In this document: positions 18,398-26,969 of the stretch, piece by piece
Numbering within the stretch: position 1 is the first letter of the stretch
How the letters are laid out: the number at the start of each line of letters is the position of its first letter
NCBI RefSeq assembly: GCF_000284115.1
Contig: NC_017080.1
Location: 1,320,001-1,352,000 of the forward strand
Reading direction: 5' to 3'
Source of the DNA: Phycisphaera mikurensis NBRC 102666
Lineage (GTDB): Bacteria; Planctomycetota; Phycisphaerae; Phycisphaerales; Phycisphaeraceae
Length of the DNA stretch: 32,000 bases
Notes under the pieces: generated by a model
Database searches by the model: none
The model's input: the letters and a program-made list of their open reading frames with translations, nothing else
What the model was told of the DNA's origin: nothing
Position numbers and translations under genes: made by a program

Positions 18398-21300
18398 TCA
18401 CTTCCGCCGGATCGCCAGGCTCACGATCTGGTACGCCGTGAACCCGATCGGGACCCGCGGACCGTCGACGCCCCCGGCATCGCCGAGCCGCCGTCCGCGG
18501 AGGTCGACCCGCTCGGCGGCGAAGCCATCGGCGAGCATCAGCGTGGCGGTGCCGCGGCGGCCGAGCGTCTCGTGCAGCCGGAGGGTGAAGCCGCGGGCCC
18601 CGGCCGCTCCGTCGCCGTCGCCGTCCGCCGCGGGCTTCGCCCAGGCGGGAACCAGCGATTCGCCGCCCTCGACGCCCAGCAAGCCCGCGTGCGCGGCGGA
18701 ACCCACCGCCTCCACCGCGGGCGTGAAGAGCCGGTCCGCCAGGGCGGCCGGCTGCTCCGCCCGCGGGGCGGAATCCGCGTGCGGGCCGAAGGCGAGGCGG
18801 ATCGTGTGCTCGCCGAGGTCGGTGACGGAGGGACCGGTGCCGGCGGAGTCGTTGCCGCCGCCGGAGTGGGCGGTGGACAGGGCGCTGCGGATGAGGCTGC
18901 AGTGCAGCAGGCCGTCGCGGGCGCCGAAGCCGTACTTGGCCTCGGTGACGAGCTGGAAGCCCTCGCTCTCGGTGTCGTCCGACACCGCCGCCCAGCGGGA
19001 GCCGGGAACCTCGAAGGCGGCGTCGTGCGCGAGCGGGCCGGGGCTCTGCGGCCGGAGGACGGCGCCGTAGGGCGCCCCGTAGCGGGCCCGGCCGCCGGTG
19101 AAGCCGGTCTCGGCCGACCACTTGAGCAGCGTCCGCTCGTCGCGCCAGTCCAGCCGGATCTCCAGCCGCACGACGCTCTCGCCGGGGAGCAGGCGGTACC
19201 GCAGCTCGGCGCGGCTCTTCCGCCCGAGCGCCCGGCGGAACACGAGGGTCGGCGCGTGCGTGCCCTCGCCCTCGACGCTCCGCTCGGCGGGCGTGTCGAC
19301 GACGCGGCCGTTGGAGAGCGTGGGCAGGTCGATGTCCCAGGCCTCGTACTTCGCCGGCCGGTCGGGGAAGGTGAACAGCCGGCCGGCGGGCGACCGCAGC
19401 GGCAGGGCGGTGCCCCGGGAGGCGAGGGACTCCGCCTCGCCGGAGGCGTTGAACACGACGCGGACGCGGCCGTTGTCCAGCGTCGCCGCTTCGGCCGAGA
19501 GCGAGAGCGAGGTGGCCGGGAGGTCGGCCTCACGCAGGCTCGCCGCCGCGACCGCGGCCAGCGGCGGCAGCTCCACCATGCGCCCGCCGACCTCCTCGGT
19601 CCGCGGCACCGGCAGCGGGTTGAAGACGATCGGCCGGTCGCCGCTGGCCTCCAGCGAGGCCTCCGCCGCCGCCTCCATCTCCTCCGCGAGCGAGGCCAGC
19701 TCCGGGAGCGCCTCGTCGTACACGTCCGGCACCGAGCTGCCGGGGATGTAGTCGTGGAACTGCGCGAAGACGCACCGCTTCCAGGCGTGCGTCAGCCGCC
19801 CGGCCGCCTCGCTGCCCGGCGCCGGTGCCCCGCCGGGCAGGCACGCCGCGGCCTCGCGCAGCTGCAGCGCCCGCTCCAGCGCCCGGAAGCGGGCTTTCAG
19901 CTCCGACCGCGTCGTCTGCACGCCGCGGTGGTACTCCAGGTACATCTCGCCGGCGTAGGTCGGCAGCCGGTCGCGTTTCTCGTCGAGCCGGTCGAAGAAG
20001 CCCTCGACGGTGCCCCAGCCGGTCCTGGGCATCCCCGCGAGGTCGTTCATCCGGCGGACCCGCTCGGCCATCGCGTCGTTGGGCCCGCCGCCGCCGTCGC
20101 CGTAGCCCACGGCGAGGAGGGTCTCGTCGTGAACGCCCGACTGCCGGTCCTGCAACGCCGGGTGCAGCACCTCGTCCACCGTCGCCGCCGCGTTGTAGAA
20201 GTTCCAGGAGAGGTGCGTAAGCACCTCCGAGCCGTCCATGCCGCGCCACTTGAAGCTGCTGTACGGGATCCGTGTCGCGCCCGACCAGTGCATCTTCGTG
20301 GTGTAGAAGTAGGGCACGCCGAAGCCGGCCATGATCGTCGGCAGCGCGGCGGAGTAGCCGAAGACGTCGGGCAGCCAGACGATCGGGCTGTCGCGGCCGT
20401 CGGGGCGGAGCTTCCGGAAGCCCGCCTGCCCCAGCTCGAAGGCGCGGACCAGCGCCTCGCCGCAGGGCAGCTGCGTGTCGCTCTCGACGTACATCGCGCC
20501 GAGGGGCTCGAAGCCCGGCCGCCCCTCCGGCCCGGGCTTGGCCGCTTCGATCAGCCGCCGGTGGAGCCCCGGGTCGCGCCGCTGGACGGCCTCGAGCATC
20601 GCCGGCTGGCTCTGGTTGAACACCAGCTCGGGGTAGCGGCTGCCCACGTCCAGCGCGTTCGCCAGCGAGTGCACCGCCTTGAACTCGCCGGTCCGCTCGG
20701 GCCACAGCCAGACCAGGTCGATGTGCATGTGCCCGGTGAGCAACACCGTCGAGGCCGTGGCCGCCGCCGGCAGCGACGCGAGCAGCGCGCCGGTCACCTC
20801 CCGCAGCGCCGCCGGCCCGCCGTGGTCGTACGCGTCGACCGCGGCGTCGAGGCCGACGAGGATTCTGCGCCCCAGCGGGTCGAGGTTCTCGATCGGGGCC
20901 CGCCAGCCGAAGCCGTTGGGCAGGTCGCTGCGGCCGGGGTTGTCGCGGCGGTGCAGCGCGATGGCCAAGCCCAGCAGCACCTCCACGTCGAAGCTGGCCG
21001 CCCAGGCCTCCTCGTCGCGGCTGCACAGGAAGGCGCCCTTGAACTCAGAGCCCCGCGCGTCCACGCCCTCGCCCGCGCCCGGCACCCAGATCCCCGTCCG
21101 CGCGCAGGTCGACTCGATCAGCAGCGTCCCGCCGCTCGCGATCAGGTCGTCGGGCAGCCGCAGCCGGGTGTGCCCCGGATCGATGCCCGCGACCGCCGTG
21201 CCTCGCCAGTACGCCGTCGCCTCGCCGCGGTCGCGCCAATCAAGCCACCGCGGGCCCTCGCCGGCCGGGATCTGGACCTTCCACCAGCCCTGATCGAAGC

Positions 21301-21613
21301 GCTTCCCCCAAAACAGCGGCGTCCGGGTCACCGGCTCGTAGGCGAGGGCGTGGGCGTCCGCGATCGTCGTCTCCGCCGTCGTGGCCTCCGCGCGGCTCAC
21401 CGCCAGCGGCCCCCCGCAGACCGCCCAGGTCTCGGCGAGGAGCGCCCGGTGCGTGGCTTCGATGCGCGACGGGATGAACTGGAGGTGACCGGTCTTGGGC
21501 AGCATGGCCGGGACGATAAAGCGACCGTGCCCGGCCACGCGGGTGCCGGCCGTGGCGACCCGCCGGACCCGCGAAGCGAGCTCCGCCCGCTCGAAGTCTC
21601 CAACAAGGAACAA
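18398..21613 (-). CDS. glycoside hydrolase family 38 alpha-mannosidase
   Basis: LLTGHMHIDLVWLWP, LPDVFGYSAALP, MYLEYHRGVQTT. Start is uncertain (TTG 21613 or ATG 21505). Confidence 0.88.
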   Translation of the reverse strand: MFLVGDFERAELASRVRRVATAGTRVAGHGRFIVPAMLPKTGHLQFIPSRIEATHRALLAETWAVCGGPLAVSRAEATTAETTIADAHALAYEPVTRTPLFWGKRFDQGWWKVQIPAGEGPRWLDWRDRGEATAYWRGTAVAGIDPGHTRLRLPDDLIASGGTLLIESTCARTGIWVPGAGEGVDARGSEFKGAFLCSRDEEAWAASFDVEVLLGLAIALHRRDNPGRSDLPNGFGWRAPIENLDPLGRRILVGLDAAVDAYDHGGPAALREVTGALLASLPAAATASTVLLTGHMHIDLVWLWPERTGEFKAVHSLANALDVGSRYPELVFNQSQPAMLEAVQRRDPGLHRRLIEAAKPGPEGRPGFEPLGAMYVESDTQLPCGEALVRAFELGQAGFRKLRPDGRDSPIVWLPDVFGYSAALPTIMAGFGVPYFYTTKMHWSGATRIPYSSFKWRGMDGSEVLTHLSWNFYNAAATVDEVLHPALQDRQSGVHDETLLAVGYGDGGGGPNDAMAERVRRMNDLAGMPRTGWGTVEGFFDRLDEKRDRLPTYAGEMYLEYHRGVQTTRSELKARFRALERALQLREAAACLPGGAPAPGSEAAGRLTHAWKRCVFAQFHDYIPGSSVPDVYDEALPELASLAEEMEAAAEASLEASGDRPIVFNPLPVPRTEEVGGRMVELPPLAAVAAASLREADLPATSLSLSAEAATLDNGRVRVVFNASGEAESLASRGTALPLRSPAGRLFTFPDRPAKYEAWDIDLPTLSNGRVVDTPAERSVEGEGTHAPTLVFRRALGRKSRAELRYRLLPGESVVRLEIRLDWRDERTLLKWSAETGFTGGRARYGAPYGAVLRPQSPGPLAHDAAFEVPGSRWAAVSDDTESEGFQLVTEAKYGFGARDGLLHCSLIRSALSTAHSGGGNDSAGTGPSVTDLGEHTIRLAFGPHADSAPRAEQPAALADRLFTPAVEAVGSAAHAGLLGVEGGESLVPAWAKPAADGDGDGAAGARGFTLRLHETLGRRGTATLMLADGFAAERVDLRGRRLGDAGGVDGPRVPIGFTAYQIVSLAIRRK

Positions 21614-21642
21614 GACGAGCCGCAGCGAGGCGGAAGCGCCTA

Positions 21643-22888
21643 GTGCCGCGTCACGCAGCGATCCGCGGGTAGAGGCTCAGCAGCTTGATCCGGGCGTCAT
21701 CGGCGGTGAACTGCCAGTGCACGCCTCGCTGGCTCTGGTTGCGAGCGGCCGCCCAGGCTCGGGCCTCGCGATCGATCTCCTGGATGGTGTCGATCCGTCG
21801 GCCGAGGCATTGCCTTGAGAGCACACTCAGTTCGCACTCGGCGATGTTCAGCCACGAACCGTGGGCCGGCGTGTGCACCAGCTCGATCCGCTCAGCGATC
21901 CGCCGCGCCTCTGCTGCCTCGAATGCTTCGTACAACGACGCGATCCTGTGGGTGTTCAGGTTGTCGCACACCAGGCGGATCCGTGTCGCTGACTCATAAC
22001 GCGGGGCGTCCACCAACGCCTGGATCTGGTGGGCCCAGTCCGCCGCGGTGCGTCGCCGACTGGTCCGAACGTCCCGCCACCCAGCCAACGGCTCGGTGAA
22101 CATCCACAGGTTGCAGGTGCCGTGCCGCACGTACTCGTGGTCCTCGATCCGACGGCCGGTGGAGTCGGTGAAGCGGCGGCGGGTCTCGCCGATGAGCTGC
22201 TTGGGCTGCTCGTCCATGCACACCACCGGCAACGCCGGGTCGTAGGCGAGCGCGTACAGGCACAGCACCGCCTCCATGGCCGCGACGAAGGCCGCGGACT
22301 GCTCCGGCGGGATGCACCACATCTTCTTCTTCCACGGCTTCAGACCGTTTTTTGAAGAGCGCACCGCACCGCTTCGCGGCTGATCGAGTCCACCACCTTC
22401 AGCTCCACCAGCCGGCCGGCCAGGAGGCGGAGGCTCCAGCGATCATGGCCCTCGGGCGGGTCCGAGCAGGCGATCGTCACCAGCTGGGCTTCGCCTACGC
22501 CGTCGAGCTTGCGTTGCATCGCGCGGTCTTGAGGCTTGCGTTCGAGCAACGAGAGCGGACCGTCCTCGACAGCCTTCTTCCGCCAGCCCTCCACAGTGCG
22601 GACACCCGCGTCGAAAGCCTCGGCGATCTGCTCGTCGGTCCAGGCCGGAGCGCCGGGCGATTCGTCGCACTTGAGCAGGGCTTGCGCCCGCTGGATCTTC
22701 CAGCCGGCGACGCGGCCGCTGCGGACCAGCGTGGTCAGCTGCTCCCGCTCATCGTCGGTGAGGTGGACGTGGTAGAGCTTTCGATTCTTGAGCTTCGTGG
22801 CCATCCTTGGCCTCCTTTGCATTCGGTGGTGAACACGTGCACGGTGACGCTACACGCCTCACCCGCAGATCGGCGGCAGCCGCGGCAC
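21643..22888 (-). mobile_element. IS630-family insertion sequence (~1246 bp) flanked by a TA duplication
   Basis: Terminal inverted repeats GTGCCGCG...GATCCGCGGGT (21643-) and ACCCGCAGATC...CGCGGCAC (-22888). TA at 21641-21642 and 22889-22890. Encodes a DDE transposase. Confidence 0.85.
21651..22804 (-). CDS. IS630-family transposase, two frames joined by a -1 frameshift on an A6 run
   Basis: orfA (HTH, MATKLKNRKLYHVHLTDDEREQL, SD AAGGAGG upstream of ATG 22804) ends ...ALQKTV*. orfB continues NGLKPWKKKMWCIPP...DDE. The A6 slippery run is at 22348-22353. Confidence 0.85.
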
Positions 22889-24297
22889 TAGACGTGCGCG
22901 AGCTTGTTGAGCCCGTTGTAGGCGGCGACCTTGTACGCCTCGGCGAGGGTCGGGAAGTTGAACACGTTGTTGATGAAGAACTCCGCCGTGCCGTCCAGGC
23001 CCATGACGCACTGGCCGATGTGCACCAGCTCGGTCGCCCCGGTCCCCATGCAGTGCACGCCGAGGATCTTGTGGCTGTCCTGGTGGATCAGCATCTTGAG
23101 CATGCCCGTGCGGTCGCCGAGGATCTGGCCCCGGGCGATCTCCTCGTAGCGCGCGACGCCGGCCTCGTAGGGCACGCCCTCCTGGGTCAGCTGCTCCTCG
23201 GTCTTGCCGACCATCGAGATCTCCGGCACCGCGTAGATGCCGTAGGGAAACAGGTCGGTGTTGTAGTTCCCGACGTCCTGGCCGAAGGCGTGGGCGATCG
23301 CCCGGCGGCCCTGCTCCATGGAGGTGCTGGCCAGCGCCGGGAAGCCGATCACGTCGCCGGCGGCGTACACGTGGTCGACGTTGGTCTGGTAGTGCTCGTC
23401 GACCTTCAGCCGCTCGCGGTCGTCGAAGGTGATGCCCACGTTGTCCAGCCCCATCGCCCCGCACACGCCCTGGCGGCCGACGGCGTAGAGCAGCGTCTCG
23501 GCCTTGAGCTTCTTGCCGCTCTCCAGCGTCGCCTGGACGAGCGTGGACACCGTGCCGTTGCGGTGCTCCACCTTCTCGATGCGCTCGACCTTCTCGCCCA
23601 TCCGCAGCGTCACGCCCTGCTGCCGCATGAAGTACATGAAGGCGCCGGAGATCTCGCTGTCGAGAAAGCCCAGCAGCTGGTGTCGGCCCTCCACGAGCGT
23701 GACCTTCACCCCCAGCGTCGCCATGATCGACGCGTACTCGGTCCCGATCACGCCGCCGCCGACGACGATCATCGACTTGGGGAGGCGCTCGAGCTTCAGC
23801 AGGCCGTCGCTGGTGAAGATCGCGTCGTTGTCGAATGGGATGTCGGCGGGCTTGGCCGGCCGCGTGCCGCAGGAGACCAGGAAGCGGTCGGCGGTGACCA
23901 GCTGCGAGTCGCCGTCGCCCTGGATCATCAGCAGGTTGGGCCCCTCGAAGTGGGCCGTGCCCCAGATCAGATCGACGCCGTTCCGCTCGAACTGGCCGCG
24001 GATGACCTCCCACTCGTGGCGGATGACGTTCGAGGAGATCTCGATGAGATCGTGGATCGTGATCTTCTGCTTCGCCCGCGACGCCCCGCTGTAGTTGCCC
24101 CGCTGCGCGGCGCCGGTGAGGTGGAGCGCCGCCTCCCGCAGGCTCTTGCTGGGGATCGTCCCCGTGTTGATCTGGGCCCCGCCGAGCACGTTCTGCTTCT
24201 CGACGATGGCAACCGACTTGCCGAGCTTGGCCGCCTGGATGGCGCCCTTCTGCCCGGCGGGGCCGGTTCCGATGATGACGACGTCGTAGTGCTTCAT
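22888..24297 (-). CDS. sthA: soluble pyridine nucleotide transhydrogenase (Si-specific NAD(P)+ transhydrogenase)
   Basis: MKHYDVVIIGTGPAGQKGA..., GGAQINTGTIPSK (disulfide cysteines replaced as in SthA/UdhA), second GGGVIGTEYA, C-terminal dimerisation domain. SD GGAG before ATG 24297. Confidence 0.88.
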   Translation of the reverse strand: MKHYDVVIIGTGPAGQKGAIQAAKLGKSVAIVEKQNVLGGAQINTGTIPSKSLREAALHLTGAAQRGNYSGASRAKQKITIHDLIEISSNVIRHEWEVIRGQFERNGVDLIWGTAHFEGPNLLMIQGDGDSQLVTADRFLVSCGTRPAKPADIPFDNDAIFTSDGLLKLERLPKSMIVVGGGVIGTEYASIMATLGVKVTLVEGRHQLLGFLDSEISGAFMYFMRQQGVTLRMGEKVERIEKVEHRNGTVSTLVQATLESGKKLKAETLLYAVGRQGVCGAMGLDNVGITFDDRERLKVDEHYQTNVDHVYAAGDVIGFPALASTSMEQGRRAIAHAFGQDVGNYNTDLFPYGIYAVPEISMVGKTEEQLTQEGVPYEAGVARYEEIARGQILGDRTGMLKMLIHQDSHKILGVHCMGTGATELVHIGQCVMGLDGTAEFFINNVFNFPTLAEAYKVAAYNGLNKLAHV

Positions 24298-24484
24298 GGA
24301 GCTCCGCCTTCGGCGGGGTGAGGTTCGCGTGGTGGTTCGTCTCCGCCGGGGGGAACCCCCGGCTGCGCTCGCGGCGAGAACGCTCTGTCGAGGCGTGGCC
24401 CCGAGACATCAGGTGCGGCGAAACAGACGGCCGTGCACGGAGGCATCGGCGATTCGGCGTTCGCTGCGTGACGCGGCGGGCTCC

Positions 24485-24806
24485 GCCCGCACGCGTCCGC
24501 CGAGGTTATGCGTCGTTCCGCCGCGGACCGTGTGCCAAGGAACCCGCCACCCCTCCCGGTCCGCGGAGCGGACGCGAGAGCCGGGTCGCCCGCGATCCAG
24601 GCGCCGGGCCCGCAGAGCCGCCCGTGGCTCACCGCCCTCGGCGGTGTGGCCCGTCGGGCGCAGCCCGAGCGTCGGCCCGGGAGAGGGCGTCCCGACGCGT
24701 GGTTCGTGCAGCCCTCCCGGCTGTGACGAGGGAGCGCCCCGCCGCCCGGGTGCGCCGGCCGGAACCCTCGCACCCACCCGCGCAGCGTCGCGTCGCAACG
24801 CAGCGA
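24485..24806. repeat. structured GC-rich repeat, copy A (approximate boundaries)
   Basis: Shares with copies B and C the hairpin module 24521-24566, the GGGTCGC..GCGATCC stem, gtgcagccctcccg at 24706, the cccgggtgcgcc...cccacccg hairpin and the terminal palindrome gcgtcgcgtcgcaacgc. Confidence 0.7.
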
Positions 24807-24965
24807 ATACGCGTCCTCGAAAAGATTGACGCACTCAATGTCCCGGTCCTGGGTGCCACGCCCCTTGGGGGGTGGCGGGTGCCATCGGCCTGATCTGCGC
24901 TCGACCACCCCGCAAGCGGCGTGGCACCCGGCTCAGGAAGCGTCAGTCTTTTCGACGAAGCGTAT
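24807..24965. repeat. 159-bp imperfect palindrome (long hairpin flanked by A-run/T-run)
   Basis: Left arm atacgcgtcctcgaaaagattgacgcactc...gggtgccacgccccttggggggtgg mirrors right arm ccaccccgcaagcggcgtggcaccc...gcgtcagtcttttcgacgaagcgtat. Confidence 0.7.
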
Positions 24966-25305
24966 GAGTCGTCGGTCCCAGCACGCGTCATCGGCGCCCG
25001 TCTCGGGAGATCCGCGGACCGCGCGGCAAAACGCCGCCAACCCCTCCCCGTCCGCGGAGCCGGCGCTTCAGCCGGGTCGCCACGCGACCCGGGCAGGGCC
25101 GGGCTGCCACGCAGCACGGAACGGCCGCGCAGCGGACGGTGAGTCGGTCGCACGGCTTCCGGGATCCGAAGAGCGTCCCGAAGCATGGCTTGTGCAGCCC
25201 TCCCGCCCGTCGCGAGGCAGCGCCCCGTCGCCCGGGTGCGCCGTCCGGAACCCTCGCGCCCACCCGGGCAGCGTTGCGTTGCAACGCAGCTAATCCGTTG
25301 TCGGT
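24966..25305. repeat. structured GC-rich repeat, copy B (approximate boundaries)
   Basis: Hairpin module 25012-25057, stem CCGGGTCGC-CAC-GCGACCCGG, gtgcagccctcccg at 25192, palindrome gcgttgcgttgcaacgc. Confidence 0.7.
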
Positions 25306-25675
25306 TTCAACGAGCGTCATTGGGGTCCGTGTCCGAAGATCCGCGGACCGTGCGCGAAACCGCCGCCAACCGCGGACGGTCCGCCGAGCGGACGCGAAAG
25401 CCGGATCGCGTGCGATCCGGGCCTCGGCGCAGCCGACCGCCGGCGCAGCCGGCGCCACGGGCTCGCAGAGCCGCCCGTGGCTCAACGCCTTCGGCGATGT
25501 AGCCCGTCGGGCGCAGCCCGAGCGTCGGCCGGGAAGAGAGCGTCCCGAAGCGGGATTTGTGCAGCCCTCCCGCCCGTTAAGAGCGAGCGCCCCGGCGCCC
25601 GGGTTAGCCGTCCGGAACCCTCGCGCCCACCCGGCCCGCGTTGCGTCGCAACGCGGCTGTTTCGACTCGCGTTCC
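25306..25675. repeat. structured GC-rich repeat, copy C (approximate boundaries)
   Basis: Hairpin module 25341-25386 (one mismatch), stem CCGGATCGC-GT-GCGATCCGG, gtgcagccctcccg at 25559, palindrome cgcgttgcgtcgcaacgcgg. Confidence 0.7.
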
Positions 25676-25700
25676 AATCGGCGTGGCCGTTGCCCACCGA

Positions 25701-25769
25701 CGCCCGCTCCGTGCGGAAGCTGTAGTGCCCCCGCCGCAGCACCTCGTGAACCTCCGTCATCGACCCCAT
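25701..25769 (-). pseudogene. intI: integron integrase gene remnant (first ~23 codons only)
   Basis: MGSMTEVHEVLRRGHYSFRTERA matches the IntI N-terminus (IntI1 ...LRERIRYLHYSLRTEQAY...). It is divergent from and 172 bp away from the first GTTAGGC. No recombinase motifs follow in any frame. Confidence 0.6.
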
Positions 25770-25863
25770 GGGCTGAAGCTAGCTTCTGCCTTGCGTGCTG
25801 CCAATACGGCACGATATGCAGAATGTGTCGGGTCGCAACCCGCTCCAAGAGCCCCGCAGCCGC

Positions 25864-25892
25864 TTGACACCCGCCGCGACCCGGATCAAACT
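25864..25892 (+). promoter_or_regulatory. candidate cassette promoter (TTGACA - 17 nt - CAAACT)
   Basis: Perfect -35 hexamer at 25864-25869 pointing into the array. The -10 is weak, and the promoter rules of this lineage are unknown to me. Confidence 0.25.
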
Positions 25893-25910
25893 CACCCACG
25901 ACCGATCGAC

Positions 25911-25947
25911 GTTCTGCCGACAGCATTCTGTCGAATCACTGTTAGGC
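25911..25947 (+). other. attI-like primary recombination site ending in GTTAGGC
   Basis: First GTTRRRY core (25941-25947) is not preceded by an attC. Imperfect direct repeats GTTCTGCCGA / ATTCTGTCGA and inverted CGACAG/CTGTCG lie immediately upstream. Confidence 0.5.
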
Positions 25948-26174
25948 GGCGGTGAACGCGGTCCGCTCTTCCCCGTGTGTCCGCCGTCGCGCCCGTCCGC
26001 GGACCGTCGGGTGTTTCAGCCGTTCGTCCCCACGGTCCGCGGCGCGGTCGTGCGCTGCGGGCCGGCCGCACCTCGTCGGCCGAGCGTCGTCGCCGCTGGT
26101 TTCGCTGCGGCCGGCGTCGCGGCCCCGGCTCGTCGGCCATTCGGTCGGCGGCCCTCGCCGCTCTGCGCGTCGCC
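25948..26174 (+). repeat. cassette K1: 227-bp ORF-less paralogue (copy 1 of 6)
   Basis: Starts GGCGGTGAA, has hairpin CCGCGGACCGT(25997)-24 nt-ACGGTCCGCGG(26042), and a conserved 3' 130 nt ending GCGCGTCGCC. Confidence 0.85.
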
Positions 26175-26283
26175 GCCTAACCAGGCGTTGCAGCGGACCG
26201 GCAGGGTGTGGGGGTTTACAGTCCGCTCCGGGAACCAAGCCCGCCGTCAGTTCGGCCGGCCGCTGAACGCTTCTTCGTTAGGC
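26175..26283 (+). repeat. attC1
   Basis: GCCTAAC...GTTAGGC, 109 bp, imperfect palindrome. Identical to attC5. Confidence 0.85.
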
Positions 26284-26510
26284 GGCGGTAAAAGCGGTCC
26301 GTTCGTCCCCGTGTGTCCGCCGTCGCGCACGTCCGCGGACCGTCGGCGTTTTCGGCCGCTCGTCCCCACGGTCCGCGGCGCGGTCGTCCGCTGCGGGCCG
26401 GCCGTACCTCGTCCGCCGGGCGTCGTCGCCGCTCGTTCCGCTGCGGTCGGCGTCGCGGCCCGGGCTCGCCGGCCATTCGGTCGGCGGCCCTCGCCGCTCT
26501 GCGCGTCGCC
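26284..26510 (+). repeat. cassette K2: 227-bp ORF-less paralogue (copy 2)
   Basis: Same length and architecture as K1. Confidence 0.85.
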
Positions 26511-26619
26511 GCCTAACAAGGCGTTGCAGCGGACCGGCAGTGTTCCCGGGTTTACAGTGCTCCCCCGGTTCCAGCTGCGTCGTCGCTCTGGCCGGCCGCT
26601 GAACACTTCTTCGTTAGGC
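26511..26619 (+). repeat. attC2
   Basis: GCCTAAC...GTTAGGC, 109 bp. Differs from attC6 at 3 positions. Confidence 0.85.
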
Positions 26620-26853
26620 AGCACCCCAAGCGGGCTTGTGCTGCTGCGCACACGTGCCGTCTTGCCAACCCGCGGACCGTCGCGTGTTTCGGCCTTTGGG
26701 CCCCACGGTCCGCGGCGCCTTTACCCGCTGCGGGTCCGCCGTGTTCGGCTCCTTTGGCATCGCCGCAGGTCCAGCGCTGCGGTCGTTGTCGCGGCTCAAG
26801 CGCTGCTCCGCTCCCGGTCAGGGCGCCGCCGTCTTCCACGTCCCCCGCGTGCG
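26620..26853 (+). repeat. cassette K3: ORF-less, divergent relative of the 227-bp family and paralogue of K15
   Basis: Carries hairpin CCGCGGACCGT(26670)...ACGGTCCGCGG(26715). The first ~110 nt align with 31701-31810. Confidence 0.75.
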
Positions 26854-26962
26854 GCCTAACCAGGCGTTGCAGCGGACCGGCAGTGCTCGCGGGTTTACAC
26901 TGCTCTCCCGGTTCCAGCTGCGTCGTCGCTCTGGCCGGCCGCTGAACACTTCTTCGTTAGGC
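26854..26962 (+). repeat. attC3
   Basis: GCCTAAC...GTTAGGC, 109 bp. Confidence 0.85.
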
Positions 26963-26969
26963 CGCATCT

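Noticed and set aside
24485-25675. Group II intron (attC-targeting class) or retron explanation for repeats A/B/C
   Set aside because: There is no reverse-transcriptase ORF, no GUGYG...AY boundaries and no recognisable domain V. Three similar ~340-bp units in a row do not fit an intron.
24294-25926. Minus-strand ORFs 24294-24908 (204 aa), 24629-25186 (185 aa) and 24988-25926 (312 aa) as possible integrase remnants
   Set aside because: They show no tyrosine-recombinase motifs. They are translations of the A/B/C repeats (the same peptide strings recur out of frame), and the 312-aa ORF starts upstream of the intI ATG inside the attI region.
25977-26180. 67-aa Arg-rich ORF (MSAVAPVRGPSG...ALRVAA) conserved in five 227-bp cassettes and ending in the R'' TAA, plus the 86-aa minus-strand ORF (MADEPGPRRRPQRN...)
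   Set aside because: All three frames on both strands are equally conserved because the DNA is. Substitutions are not biased to third positions. The start is lost in K10. The composition is what any frame of this DNA gives. Kept as an explicit alternative in the finding rather than called as a CDS.
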